From an uncultured Dehalococcoidales bacterium (GTDB lineage: Bacteria > Chloroflexota > Dehalococcoidia > Dehalococcoidales > G020351185): DNA of 63,546 nt. The stretch lies in contig CAYGXW010000003.1 of NCBI GenBank assembly GCA_964354125.1, positions 1 through 63,546 of the forward strand. The letters are read 5' to 3'. The position numbers and the translations under genes were made by a program. Each line of letters starts with the position of its first letter. Positions within the stretch are counted from its first letter, which is position 1. Below the pieces are notes generated by a model. The model searched no databases. It saw nothing but the letters and a program-made list of their open reading frames with translations, and was not told the origin of the DNA. Shown here one piece after another: positions 8,371 to 17,051 of the stretch.

Positions 8371-9885
8371 ATGTATCAAGGCAAAAGGATTGGGGTGGTT
8401 GTTCCCACCTACAATGAGGAAAGGTTTATTGAAGAGGTTTTTAATACCATGCCCGGGTACGTTGACAGGATTTATGTGGTGGATGACGCCAGCACGGACG
8501 GGACTTCTAGAATAATTTCTGAGGTTGTTGGGCAAAACGGGAGGTCAGAGGTTCTAACCCATAAGGAGAACAGGGGTGTCGGTGCCGCCATTGTTACTGG
8601 ATATAAGGAAGCGCTGATAGAGGGCGTTGACATAATCGCTGTGATGGCTGGGGATAATCAGATGGACCCAGCCGAGTTGCCCAAATTGTTAGCCCCCCTC
8701 ATTGCTGATAGTGCTGACTATGTCAAAGGAAACCGTATGAGTAATTCAGACCATCTACATGGTATGACCTACTGGAGACGTTTTGGTAACTGGCTGCTTA
8801 AGTGGCTTACCCGGATTGCCTCAGGAAATTATAAGCTAACAGACCCTCAGAACGGATATACCGCCATAACACGGAAGGCACTGGGGCTGATTAATCTCGA
8901 TGATGTTTATCCCGGCTATGGTTATTGCAATGATATTTTGGTGAAGTTATCCGTTGCCGGTGCCAGAATCTATGAGATACCCATCCCCGCCAGATACGGG
9001 GAGGAAAAGTCCAAGATAAGATACAGCAGATACATGCCCCGGGTCTCCTTGCTTCTTTTCAAGGACTTCCTGTGGCGGTTAAGGGTAAAGTACATCTATG
9101 GCAAGGGGATGAATCTGGACTTTACCCTGGACAAGTACCGGCAGTTGCTTGAGACCATATGCCGAAATGGTTACTCTGTTACCACCGTTGCCGAGTATCT
9201 TAACAATAGTGATTCGGGATGGAAGGTCATCGTCCTTCGCCATGACGTCGACCGAAAACCATGGAAAGCTTTACAGATGGCCAGGCTAGAGCAAAAACTT
9301 GGCATTAAAACAAGCTACTATTTCAGGTTTAACAATAAAGTCTTCCGGCCACATCTGATAAAAGAAATAGCCAGTATGGGGCATGAGATAGGCTACCATT
9401 ATGAGGCGATGGATAAAGCTAAAGGAGATTACGTAAAAGCGATTCAAGTAATTGAGCGTGAACTAGCGGAATTCAGAAAAATTGCCGAGGTAGAAACCAT
9501 CTGCATGCATGGTAACCCGCTGACCAAATGGGATAATCGTGACCTGTGGACCAGATATAGCTTCAGGGATTTTGGTCTCACCGGAGAAGCCTACCTTTCT
9601 TTTAGTAACATTACCTATCTCTCGGATACAGGAAGAACCTGGGATTTTGAGCACAAGGTCAAGGACTATCTTCCGTCTGCTTCTAATGATAGCCAAAATA
9701 CCAGTAAAGTAGTAGCCACCACGACAGATGATGTTATAGGGTTGATAAAGAAGGGGCAGCTTGGCTGTGCTTATCTCTTAATGCATCCTGAGAGATGGAG
9801 TAGCAATAATGTTGACTGGATAAAAGAACTTTTACGGGATACCGGAGTGAACTTGGCCAAGCGAATACTGCTGTTGAGAAAATGA
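8371..9885 (+). CDS. Fusion protein: N-terminal GT2 (Dpm1/ArnC-like polyprenyl-phosphate glycosyltransferase) plus C-terminal divergent polysaccharide-deacetylase-like domain
   Basis: Residues ~1-240 carry VVVPTYNEE, YVVDDASTDGT and MAGDNQMDP. Residues ~245-504 carry VLRHDVDRKP, SYYFRF and GHEIGYHYE, which resemble metal-binding motifs of the CE4-like (beta/alpha)7 deacetylase fold. Confidence 0.7.
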   Translation: MYQGKRIGVVVPTYNEERFIEEVFNTMPGYVDRIYVVDDASTDGTSRIISEVVGQNGRSEVLTHKENRGVGAAIVTGYKEALIEGVDIIAVMAGDNQMDPAELPKLLAPLIADSADYVKGNRMSNSDHLHGMTYWRRFGNWLLKWLTRIASGNYKLTDPQNGYTAITRKALGLINLDDVYPGYGYCNDILVKLSVAGARIYEIPIPARYGEEKSKIRYSRYMPRVSLLLFKDFLWRLRVKYIYGKGMNLDFTLDKYRQLLETICRNGYSVTTVAEYLNNSDSGWKVIVLRHDVDRKPWKALQMARLEQKLGIKTSYYFRFNNKVFRPHLIKEIASMGHEIGYHYEAMDKAKGDYVKAIQVIERELAEFRKIAEVETICMHGNPLTKWDNRDLWTRYSFRDFGLTGEAYLSFSNITYLSDTGRTWDFEHKVKDYLPSASNDSQNTSKVVATTTDDVIGLIKKGQLGCAYLLMHPERWSSNNVDWIKELLRDTGVNLAKRILLLRK

Positions 9886-10964
9886 ATATAATAGTTGATA
9901 TCGGACATCCAGCTCATGTTCACTTCTTCAAGAACTTCATCTGGGAGATGAAGAGCAGGGGGCATGAAATACTAATCACGGCAACCAGGAAAGATGTTGC
10001 TCTGGAGCTATTGCATAACTACGGATTTGACTATATTGCTATGGGAAGCTATGGCAATTCCTCAGCCCGGAAAATGATAAACATTCCCATAATGGACTTT
10101 AAGATGCTTAGAGTGGTTGGCAGTTTCAAGCCGGATATATTTATCGGCATATCTACCATTCGTGCAGCACACGCCTCACAATTAATGAGAGAGCCGTGCA
10201 TTGTCTTTGATGATACCGAGCATAGCAAATGGGAGCATTTTTTATACCTGCCGGGCGCCAGTGTTGTCTGTACCCCTTCATGTTTCAAGAAAGACCTGGG
10301 TAAAAAGCAGGTTCGCTATAACGGCTATCACGAACTCGCCTATCTCCACCCCAATTACTTCAAGCCAGACCCCTCAGTGCTGAGTGAATTGGGTCTTAAT
10401 GAAAGCGATAGGTTTATCATTGTGCGGTTTGTAGCCTGGAAGGCAGGTCATGACATAGGGCAGCATGGATTTGGCACAGATACAAAAAGAAGGCTAGTAG
10501 CAGAGCTTGAAGAACATGCCCGCGTGTTCATTACCTCTGAAAATCCACTGCCAGAGGATTTTCAGAAATACCGGATAACACTTCCGCCAGAAAGAATGCA
10601 CGACTTGCTCTACTATGCCATAATGTATATTGGGGAAGGAGCGACCATGGCAACCGAGGCTGCAATTCTGGGAACACCCTCAATTTATGTTTCTTCTCTC
10701 TGCAATACGATGGGTAACTTGGTCGAGCTTGAGCAGAGATTTGGTTTGGTTCATAGTTTCAAAGAGTCGGAACCGGCAATCCGCAGAGCGACCGAGTTGT
10801 TGCAACAGCCAAAAATAAGGCAGGATTGGGCGGAAAAGCGTCAGAAACTATTGGCAGATAAGATTGATGTCACCCACTTTATGGTGGAGTTTGTTGAAGG
10901 CTATCCCGAGAGCTTCAGGAAGGTAAGGAGGACAGAGGGAGATAAGAAATGTACTCAGCTTTAG
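9882..10964 (+). CDS. DUF354-family protein (GT-B / epimerase-like fold, mostly archaeal family)
   Basis: The N-terminus IIVDIGHPAHVHFFKNFIWEMKSRGHEILITATRKD matches my memory of the DUF354 signature. ATGA overlap with the upstream gene. Confidence 0.6.
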   Translation: MNIIVDIGHPAHVHFFKNFIWEMKSRGHEILITATRKDVALELLHNYGFDYIAMGSYGNSSARKMINIPIMDFKMLRVVGSFKPDIFIGISTIRAAHASQLMREPCIVFDDTEHSKWEHFLYLPGASVVCTPSCFKKDLGKKQVRYNGYHELAYLHPNYFKPDPSVLSELGLNESDRFIIVRFVAWKAGHDIGQHGFGTDTKRRLVAELEEHARVFITSENPLPEDFQKYRITLPPERMHDLLYYAIMYIGEGATMATEAAILGTPSIYVSSLCNTMGNLVELEQRFGLVHSFKESEPAIRRATELLQQPKIRQDWAEKRQKLLADKIDVTHFMVEFVEGYPESFRKVRRTEGDKKCTQL

Positions 10965-12325
10965 CCAGGTATATTCTCTATCCGATAGGCGAAGTCTTCC
11001 TGGGAACCAGCATGTTAAAGAAGCTGAAGATGCTGGAGGAGACACAGTGGTGGTCGCCTGAACAGCTTCAGGAACTACAAAAGGAGAGGCTCAGGGCCTT
11101 AATCAAGCATGCCTATGAGAATGTCCATTACTACCACCGCATATTTAAAGAGAGGGGATTAACTAATAAAGACATACAAACTGTGGAAGACCTGCCGAAG
11201 TTGCCAATACTGACCAAGAATGATATCCGCCAGAATTTTACTGATTTAATAGCCAGGGACTCCAGGAAGAGAAAGCCATTTTTGACTGCTACCGGCGGCT
11301 CATCGGGAGAGCCTCTTAAATTCTATATTGATATGGAGGTTGCCTCTATCGCCTGGGCGGGCACCTTCCGGGGTTGGGGGTGGGCTGGTTACAAGCTGGG
11401 AGACAAGAGAGCCACAATGGCTGGCTCCTCGTTGATTCCGGATAAATCACCATCACTGGTAAATCGTCTGCGATGGCTTATAGAAATGGACAAGCCGTTA
11501 TCGGTTGTCCATTTAGATGATGGTAGAATGGCTTTATATGTTAAGAGGCTCACTAAACATAAGCCAAAATTTATGCGTGGATATCCAATAGCACTCTATG
11601 TCTTTGCTGACTATCTCAGGAGAAATCATATAAATTTAATAAGACCAAAGGCAGTATTTACTACAGCGGAGATGCTATTACTTCACCACAGGCAGGTTAT
11701 TGAGGAACAATTCGGTTGTAAAGTGTTTGACCAGTATGGTTGCTATGACGGTGGGCTGCAGGCAATGGAGTGTTCCGAGCACTGTGGTTTTCATATTACT
11801 GCCGAGAGAGTGATAATGGAGTTTGTGGGTGAAGACGGGCAGCCTGTTCCAGTTGGCAAAACTGGCGATATTTTAGCCACTGACCTTTATAACTACTCAA
11901 TGCCATTTATCCGATATGCTGTGGGTGATAGAGGCGTCCTCACTGATGAGAACTGCCCATGTGGTCGTGGGCTACCTCTTATGAAATCTCTCGAGGGTAG
12001 AACAACAGACCAAATAGTTTTTGATAATGGGGTAACACTATCTGGCCCGGCGCTAACTTTAGTATTCAAGGATTGCCATATTAAGCAATATCAGGTTATT
12101 CAGGAAGCTAGAGACAAACTGGTAATCAAAGTAATAAAGGCGGAAGGCTACTCAGACAGGGATACCGAGCATTTCCTGAGCATCATTAGAGCTCATGCTG
12201 GTGAAGGTATTGAGATAGAAACCCAATTTGTTGATGAGATACCAACAACCAAAGCCGGGAAACGGAGATTCATTATATCCAAGGTAGCCGGGGAAAACAC
12301 GCAATCAGATAAAGTTAATAGATAA
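10949..12325 (+). CDS. Adenylate-forming ligase of the PaaK / CapK / coenzyme-F390-synthetase family
   Basis: Family-typical N-terminal region (WWSPEQLQELQKERLRALIKHAYENVHYY..F) and AMP-binding P-loop-like TGGSSGEPLKF. 458 aa. Confidence 0.75.
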   Translation: MYSALARYILYPIGEVFLGTSMLKKLKMLEETQWWSPEQLQELQKERLRALIKHAYENVHYYHRIFKERGLTNKDIQTVEDLPKLPILTKNDIRQNFTDLIARDSRKRKPFLTATGGSSGEPLKFYIDMEVASIAWAGTFRGWGWAGYKLGDKRATMAGSSLIPDKSPSLVNRLRWLIEMDKPLSVVHLDDGRMALYVKRLTKHKPKFMRGYPIALYVFADYLRRNHINLIRPKAVFTTAEMLLLHHRQVIEEQFGCKVFDQYGCYDGGLQAMECSEHCGFHITAERVIMEFVGEDGQPVPVGKTGDILATDLYNYSMPFIRYAVGDRGVLTDENCPCGRGLPLMKSLEGRTTDQIVFDNGVTLSGPALTLVFKDCHIKQYQVIQEARDKLVIKVIKAEGYSDRDTEHFLSIIRAHAGEGIEIETQFVDEIPTTKAGKRRFIISKVAGENTQSDKVNR

Positions 12326-12342
12326 GTACCTGCACACAAAAG

Positions 12343-13422
12343 GTGGAATACCTAGTGAAAGTAATGCTAATAATGGGGCTGGGGGCAAGTTCAGCTAATA
12401 CCTTTATCCAGCCGCTGGCGTCTATAGAAGATGTTGACAGCGTGCTGGTGGTTCGGGATGTACCAGTAAAAACACTACCCAGGGTGACCTATTACTGCCC
12501 ACCGGGGTGGGCGAGGAAGCTCCCCATAACCAAAAGCCTGCTCAAGGCTGCTATGGTGTTTTATATAGCTGCAACACGCAAGTGTGATGTTATTATAGCT
12601 AACTACCTGTACCCTCACGGTTTAATCGGCATGCTTGCTGCCAGGATTTTTAGAAAACCACTGTGTGTTTCACTGGTCTCCGGGCAGAACTCAACCCGCC
12701 ACTGGGGAAACTTCGCTGAAAAGAGATTTATTAAGATGTTGAATCGGGCAGAGGTGGTTACGGTAACAGGTTCAGCTACCAGAGAGATTTATAAGCAAAA
12801 GGGGCTTGACCCGGGGAAGGTATTCTGCCTGCCCAACGTTATTGATGCGGAAAGGTTTTACCCGTTAAAAATTACCAAGAAGTATGATGTGGTTTATATT
12901 GGCAGATTAAGCAGGGAAAAACGGCTTGATGTACTGCTGGGTGCTATAGCCATCGTAAAACAGGATTATCCTGATATAAGGGTAGGTATCGCCGGCATTG
13001 GTCAGTCAAGTAGGTCTCTGGAGGAACTGAGTGTAAAACTTGGCATCAAGAATAATGTTGAATTTGTCGGTTTTGTAGAAGACGGGAACCATTTCCTGAA
13101 CAGCGGCAAGATATTTGTTCTGCCTTCAAAAGGGGAGGGGTTCCCGCTGGCGCTGCTGGAGGCTATGTCGGCTGGTTTAGCCTGTATTGTTGCCAAGGTG
13201 GGCGATGTTGACGATGTAGCCATTGATGAGCAGAACTGCCTCGTTATAGACCAGAATCAGGGGGCTGAGAGCTATGCCGTAGCTATCAAAAGACTGCTAG
13301 GGGGTAAGGTATTGTATAATAGGCTATCGGCTAATGCGGTGAAGGTCAAACAGTCATATTCCCTGGAGCAGTCCAAGGTAAGATGGGAAAAGATACTGGA
13401 GGCTATAACTACAAAAAAGTAA
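12343..13422 (+). CDS. GT4-family (GT-B) glycosyltransferase
   Basis: C-terminal motif PSKGEGFPLALLEAMSAGLACIV. The start may instead be the GTG at 12355 (MKVMLIMG), after GGTGG. Confidence 0.8.
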   Translation: MEYLVKVMLIMGLGASSANTFIQPLASIEDVDSVLVVRDVPVKTLPRVTYYCPPGWARKLPITKSLLKAAMVFYIAATRKCDVIIANYLYPHGLIGMLAARIFRKPLCVSLVSGQNSTRHWGNFAEKRFIKMLNRAEVVTVTGSATREIYKQKGLDPGKVFCLPNVIDAERFYPLKITKKYDVVYIGRLSREKRLDVLLGAIAIVKQDYPDIRVGIAGIGQSSRSLEELSVKLGIKNNVEFVGFVEDGNHFLNSGKIFVLPSKGEGFPLALLEAMSAGLACIVAKVGDVDDVAIDEQNCLVIDQNQGAESYAVAIKRLLGGKVLYNRLSANAVKVKQSYSLEQSKVRWEKILEAITTKK

Positions 13423-13437
13423 AAGAGGTAACAGCCA

Positions 13438-14427
13438 ATGAAATGGAATAATAAAACTGTTCTGGTCACCGGGGCGGGCGGCTTCATCGGTAGCCACTTG
13501 GTAGAGCGACTGGTGGAGCTTGGTGCAAGGGTGAGAGCATTCGTCAGGTACAACTCACGCAATGACTGGGGAGCACTGGAGTTATTACAACAAGAGGTAC
13601 TCAAATCGGTGGAGGTAACAATGGGAGATTTAAGGGATTCGGATGCTATTAACAAGGTCACCAGTGGTACTGAGGTTGTTTTCCACCTTGGTGCGATAAT
13701 CGCCATCCCTTACTCATACAAGCACCCGGCAGAGGTTATTGAAACCAATATTATGGGCAGCCTTAATGCCCTAATAGCGGCAAGGAATAACTGTGTTGAC
13801 AAGTTTATTCATACCTCAACCAGCGAGGTCTACGGTACGGCTAAATATGTCCCCATAGATGAGAAGCACCTGCTGCAGGGGCAATCCCCGTATTCAGCCA
13901 GTAAAATTGGTGCCGACAAGATTGCCGAGAGCTTTTATCTTTCGTTTGCTCTGCCGGTGGTGACTATCAGACCCTTCAATACCTTCGGCCCGAGGCAGTC
14001 TGCCAGGGCAGTTATACCAACTATAATCTCCCAGGCGCTGACACAGGATAAAATCTACATTGGCTCGTTGCACCCCAAAAGAGACTATACCTATGTAGCT
14101 GATACAATAGATGCCTTCATCAAGATAGCCGAATCACCCCAATCAACCGGCGAAACCATTAATATCGGCTCTAACTTTGAGATTTCAATAGGGGAGATTG
14201 CCAAAAAAGTGCTTTTAATGATTGGCAAGGACAAGGAAGTTGTCCCTGACGATAAGCGTGTCAGGCCGGAAAAGAGCGAGGTAGAAAGGCTCTGGTGTGA
14301 CAATACAAAAGCCCGCCAGCTACTTGGATGGGAACCACTGACCAGCTTTGATAAAGGCTTGGAAATGACAATAAAGTGGATTTCGGAGCATAAAGAGCTG
14401 TATAAGCCGATAATCTATAACATTTAG
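13438..14427 (+). CDS. Extended SDR NAD-dependent nucleotide-sugar 4,6-dehydratase/epimerase (RmlB/LegB-like)
   Basis: VTGAGGFIGSHL, TSTSEVYG and YSASK catalytic motifs. 329 aa. Confidence 0.8.
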   Translation: MKWNNKTVLVTGAGGFIGSHLVERLVELGARVRAFVRYNSRNDWGALELLQQEVLKSVEVTMGDLRDSDAINKVTSGTEVVFHLGAIIAIPYSYKHPAEVIETNIMGSLNALIAARNNCVDKFIHTSTSEVYGTAKYVPIDEKHLLQGQSPYSASKIGADKIAESFYLSFALPVVTIRPFNTFGPRQSARAVIPTIISQALTQDKIYIGSLHPKRDYTYVADTIDAFIKIAESPQSTGETINIGSNFEISIGEIAKKVLLMIGKDKEVVPDDKRVRPEKSEVERLWCDNTKARQLLGWEPLTSFDKGLEMTIKWISEHKELYKPIIYNI

Positions 14428-14435
14428 GAGATGCT

Positions 14436-15164
14436 ATGAAAGCAGTAGTCCTTGCTGGGGGCAAAGGCACTCGTCTTCAACCATATACCACTGTCTTCCC
14501 CAAGCCATTGATGCCGATCGGTGATAGGCCAATCCTGGAGATTATTGTCCAGCAACTGCAAAATCATGGCTTTGATGAACTAATACTCACCATAGGCTAC
14601 CTCGGCGAGATGGTTAAGGCATTCTTTGGTGATGCCGAAAAGTATAGAATCAGCATCAAGTATTTTAAGGAGGAAAAACCCCTGGGCACTGCCGGAGCCC
14701 TAGGCTTGTTAAAGGAAGAGCTGAGGGATACCTTCCTGATGATGAATGGAGATATTCTGACAACGCTTGATTACTCAGACTTGGTATCCAGCCATCTCAA
14801 GAGCGGTGCTATAGCCACAGTGGCTATAAAAAAAAGGCAAATTTATATTGATTTTGGCGTGGTTGACTTTAACAGTGGCGAGGGGTTAATCAAAGACTAC
14901 ATTGAAAAACCAACACTGGAAAAACTGGTTAGCATGGGGATATGTGTCCTCCAGCCTGATATGCTGCGGTATATAGAACCCAACAAACACCTTGACTTCC
15001 CTGAGCTGATAAAGAAGCTGATTGCAAAAGGAGAGCGGGTCAACGGCTACATATACGATGGCTACTGGCTGGATATCGGTCGTCCGGAGGACTATGAAAA
15101 GGCAAATGCCGAATTTGATGAAATCTATAGCCAACTCGGCATAGAAGAGAAAGATGGAGCTTGA
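14436..15164 (+). CDS. Sugar-1-phosphate nucleotidyltransferase (HddC/PtmE/GCD1-like)
   Basis: Signature VLAGGKGTRLQPYTTVFPKPLMPIG. 242 aa. Confidence 0.8.
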   Translation: MKAVVLAGGKGTRLQPYTTVFPKPLMPIGDRPILEIIVQQLQNHGFDELILTIGYLGEMVKAFFGDAEKYRISIKYFKEEKPLGTAGALGLLKEELRDTFLMMNGDILTTLDYSDLVSSHLKSGAIATVAIKKRQIYIDFGVVDFNSGEGLIKDYIEKPTLEKLVSMGICVLQPDMLRYIEPNKHLDFPELIKKLIAKGERVNGYIYDGYWLDIGRPEDYEKANAEFDEIYSQLGIEEKDGA

Positions 15165-16047
15165 GGGTAAGAATATACTGGTCACCGGCGCCGGGGGCTT
15201 TATTGGTAGCCAACTGGTTGCCCATCTTAAAAAACTGGGAGCCAATATCCTGCCATTCGTTGACAATAATGGTAAGCCAATTGATATGGCAGACTGGCAG
15301 AAGATTGAGGAATTTAGAGAGAGAATATCAGGTACTGACTTAATCTATCATCTTGCCGCCGTCACCTCTGCCCCCAAATCAGTAAAAGACCCCAGAGAAA
15401 CCTACCGCATAAACCTGCTGGGAACACTGAATATCCTTGAATTAGGCAGACTGCTACGGGTCAAGAAGTTTATCTTTATTAGTTCCTATGTCTATGGGCA
15501 ACCCCAGTACCTGCCCGTTGATGAAAAGCACCCCATTAAGCCGACCAATCCCTATGCCAGTAGCAAGCTTCTGGGGGAGGAACTCTGCCGTGCCTACTAC
15601 CAGGACTACGGTCTGGAATGCTGCATCCTCAGGCTATTTAATGTTTATGGGGAGGGGCAGAATGAGGGTTTTCTGATACCCACTATTTTGAAGCAGCTGG
15701 AAAGTGGACGGGTGGAATTGATGGACCCGGAACCGAGAAGGGATTTCCTCCATATTCGGGATGTGGTTAAAGCCTTTATTAAAGCTGGCGAATATAAAGG
15801 TGAGGGCTTTGACACCTTTAATATCGGCTCCGGTGCCAGTTATAGCGTGGCTGAAATCGTGGGGGAGGTAGTCAGTATCTGGGGGGATGTTACTGTATAC
15901 TACCAGAACCAGCGGCGTAAAAATGAGGTTATGAATATTGTGGCCGATAGGAGCAAAGCAAAGGAAAAGCTGGGATGGGAACCCAGTGTTGGCATCAAAG
16001 AAGGTCTCAGGGGATATATTGATTGGTATAAAAAGACGCATCTTTAG
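15154..16047 (+). CDS. Extended SDR NAD-dependent nucleotide-sugar epimerase/reductase
   Basis: VTGAGGFIGSQL, SSYVYG and YASSK. Overlaps the upstream gene by 11 nt. Its stop TAG is at 16045-16047. Confidence 0.8.
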   Translation: MELEGKNILVTGAGGFIGSQLVAHLKKLGANILPFVDNNGKPIDMADWQKIEEFRERISGTDLIYHLAAVTSAPKSVKDPRETYRINLLGTLNILELGRLLRVKKFIFISSYVYGQPQYLPVDEKHPIKPTNPYASSKLLGEELCRAYYQDYGLECCILRLFNVYGEGQNEGFLIPTILKQLESGRVELMDPEPRRDFLHIRDVVKAFIKAGEYKGEGFDTFNIGSGASYSVAEIVGEVVSIWGDVTVYYQNQRRKNEVMNIVADRSKAKEKLGWEPSVGIKEGLRGYIDWYKKTHL

Positions 16048-17051
16048 CTTTTCAGGCTGGCCAACAATGCCCTAAGTTCTTGTTTGGTGAGCAGTTTTTC
16101 ATCCTTTGACGAATAGCTCCTAGCCATTGGCAGACGTTTTGCCCTGGGGTAATCTGCGGTACCCTCATCAGGTAACACTATAAACATGTCCTCTGTCTCA
16201 CGAGCCTTCTCCGACTCTTCCCGCGTCATCAGCTTCTCATTTTGTTTTTCGCCCGGCCTCTTGCCGGTTATGCTTATTACAATGTCTTTGGGGGCATACC
16301 CGTAAACCAATGCTAGTTTTTCAATCATCACCTCTGCTAGGTCGCCGACTCGCACCGCCGGCATCTTGAAAATAAAAACCTCTCCCCCCTGAGCCATTTC
16401 GGCAGCCTTAAAGACTAGCTCAACCGCCTTGGGTATACTCATTATAAATCTGGTCATATTGGGGTCGGTGATGGTAACTGGTGCTCCCTTCTTAATTTGC
16501 TCCTCAAAGAGAGGGATTACCGAACCCCTTGAATCCAGCACGTTGCCAAACCGGACACAGGAAAAGGCTGTCTTGCGGTCGCCCTTATAGTAGTTAGCCG
16601 AGATTGTCAACCGTTCTTCCAGCAGTTTAGTGGCGCCCATAACACTGATGGGATTAACCGCCTTATCGGTGCTGATGGTTATCAGCTTATCTATCTCCTC
16701 ATCCATAGCCGCCTCAATTACGTTCTGGGTGCCGACAACATTTGTTTTTACTGCCTCAAAGGGGTTGTATTCACACAGGGGAACATGCTTGAGAGCCGCC
16801 GCATGGAAAACGAAATCTATGTCCTCGGTGGCTCGCTTGAGGCGCTCCCTGTCCCTGATATCACCTATAAGAAACCTTAAGTTATCGTAATTCTGCAGTT
16901 CCTGCTCCAGTTTGAACTGTCCGTCTTCATCATTGCTGAAAATCCTGACTACCCTGGGCTTATGCTGCAAGACATTACGTACTATTTCACTGCCGATGGA
17001 ACCGGTGCCACCGGTAACCAGTATGCTTTTATTGTAGAATATATCTGCCAT
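16044..17051 (-). CDS. PseB/CapD-like short UDP-N-acetylhexosamine 4,6-dehydratase (first step of the nonulosonate pathway)
   Basis: VTGGTGSIGSE and AALKHVPLCEYNPFEAVKTNVVGTQNV...STDKAVNP..VMGATK. 335 aa. Confidence 0.8.
   Translation of the reverse strand: MADIFYNKSILVTGGTGSIGSEIVRNVLQHKPRVVRIFSNDEDGQFKLEQELQNYDNLRFLIGDIRDRERLKRATEDIDFVFHAAALKHVPLCEYNPFEAVKTNVVGTQNVIEAAMDEEIDKLITISTDKAVNPISVMGATKLLEERLTISANYYKGDRKTAFSCVRFGNVLDSRGSVIPLFEEQIKKGAPVTITDPNMTRFIMSIPKAVELVFKAAEMAQGGEVFIFKMPAVRVGDLAEVMIEKLALVYGYAPKDIVISITGKRPGEKQNEKLMTREESEKARETEDMFIVLPDEGTADYPRAKRLPMARSYSSKDEKLLTKQELRALLASLKS

Noticed and set aside
16630-16890. An antisense peptide here resembles the antisense peptide at 30416-30688 (LTALSVLMV...TLVFTAS.G....GTC..AAAW), which at first looked like a repeated hidden gene
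   Set aside because: The similarity is explained by the two sense-strand genes being PseB-like paralogues, since the conserved STDKAV...AALKHVP region read backwards gives these peptides. There is no independent evidence for antisense coding.
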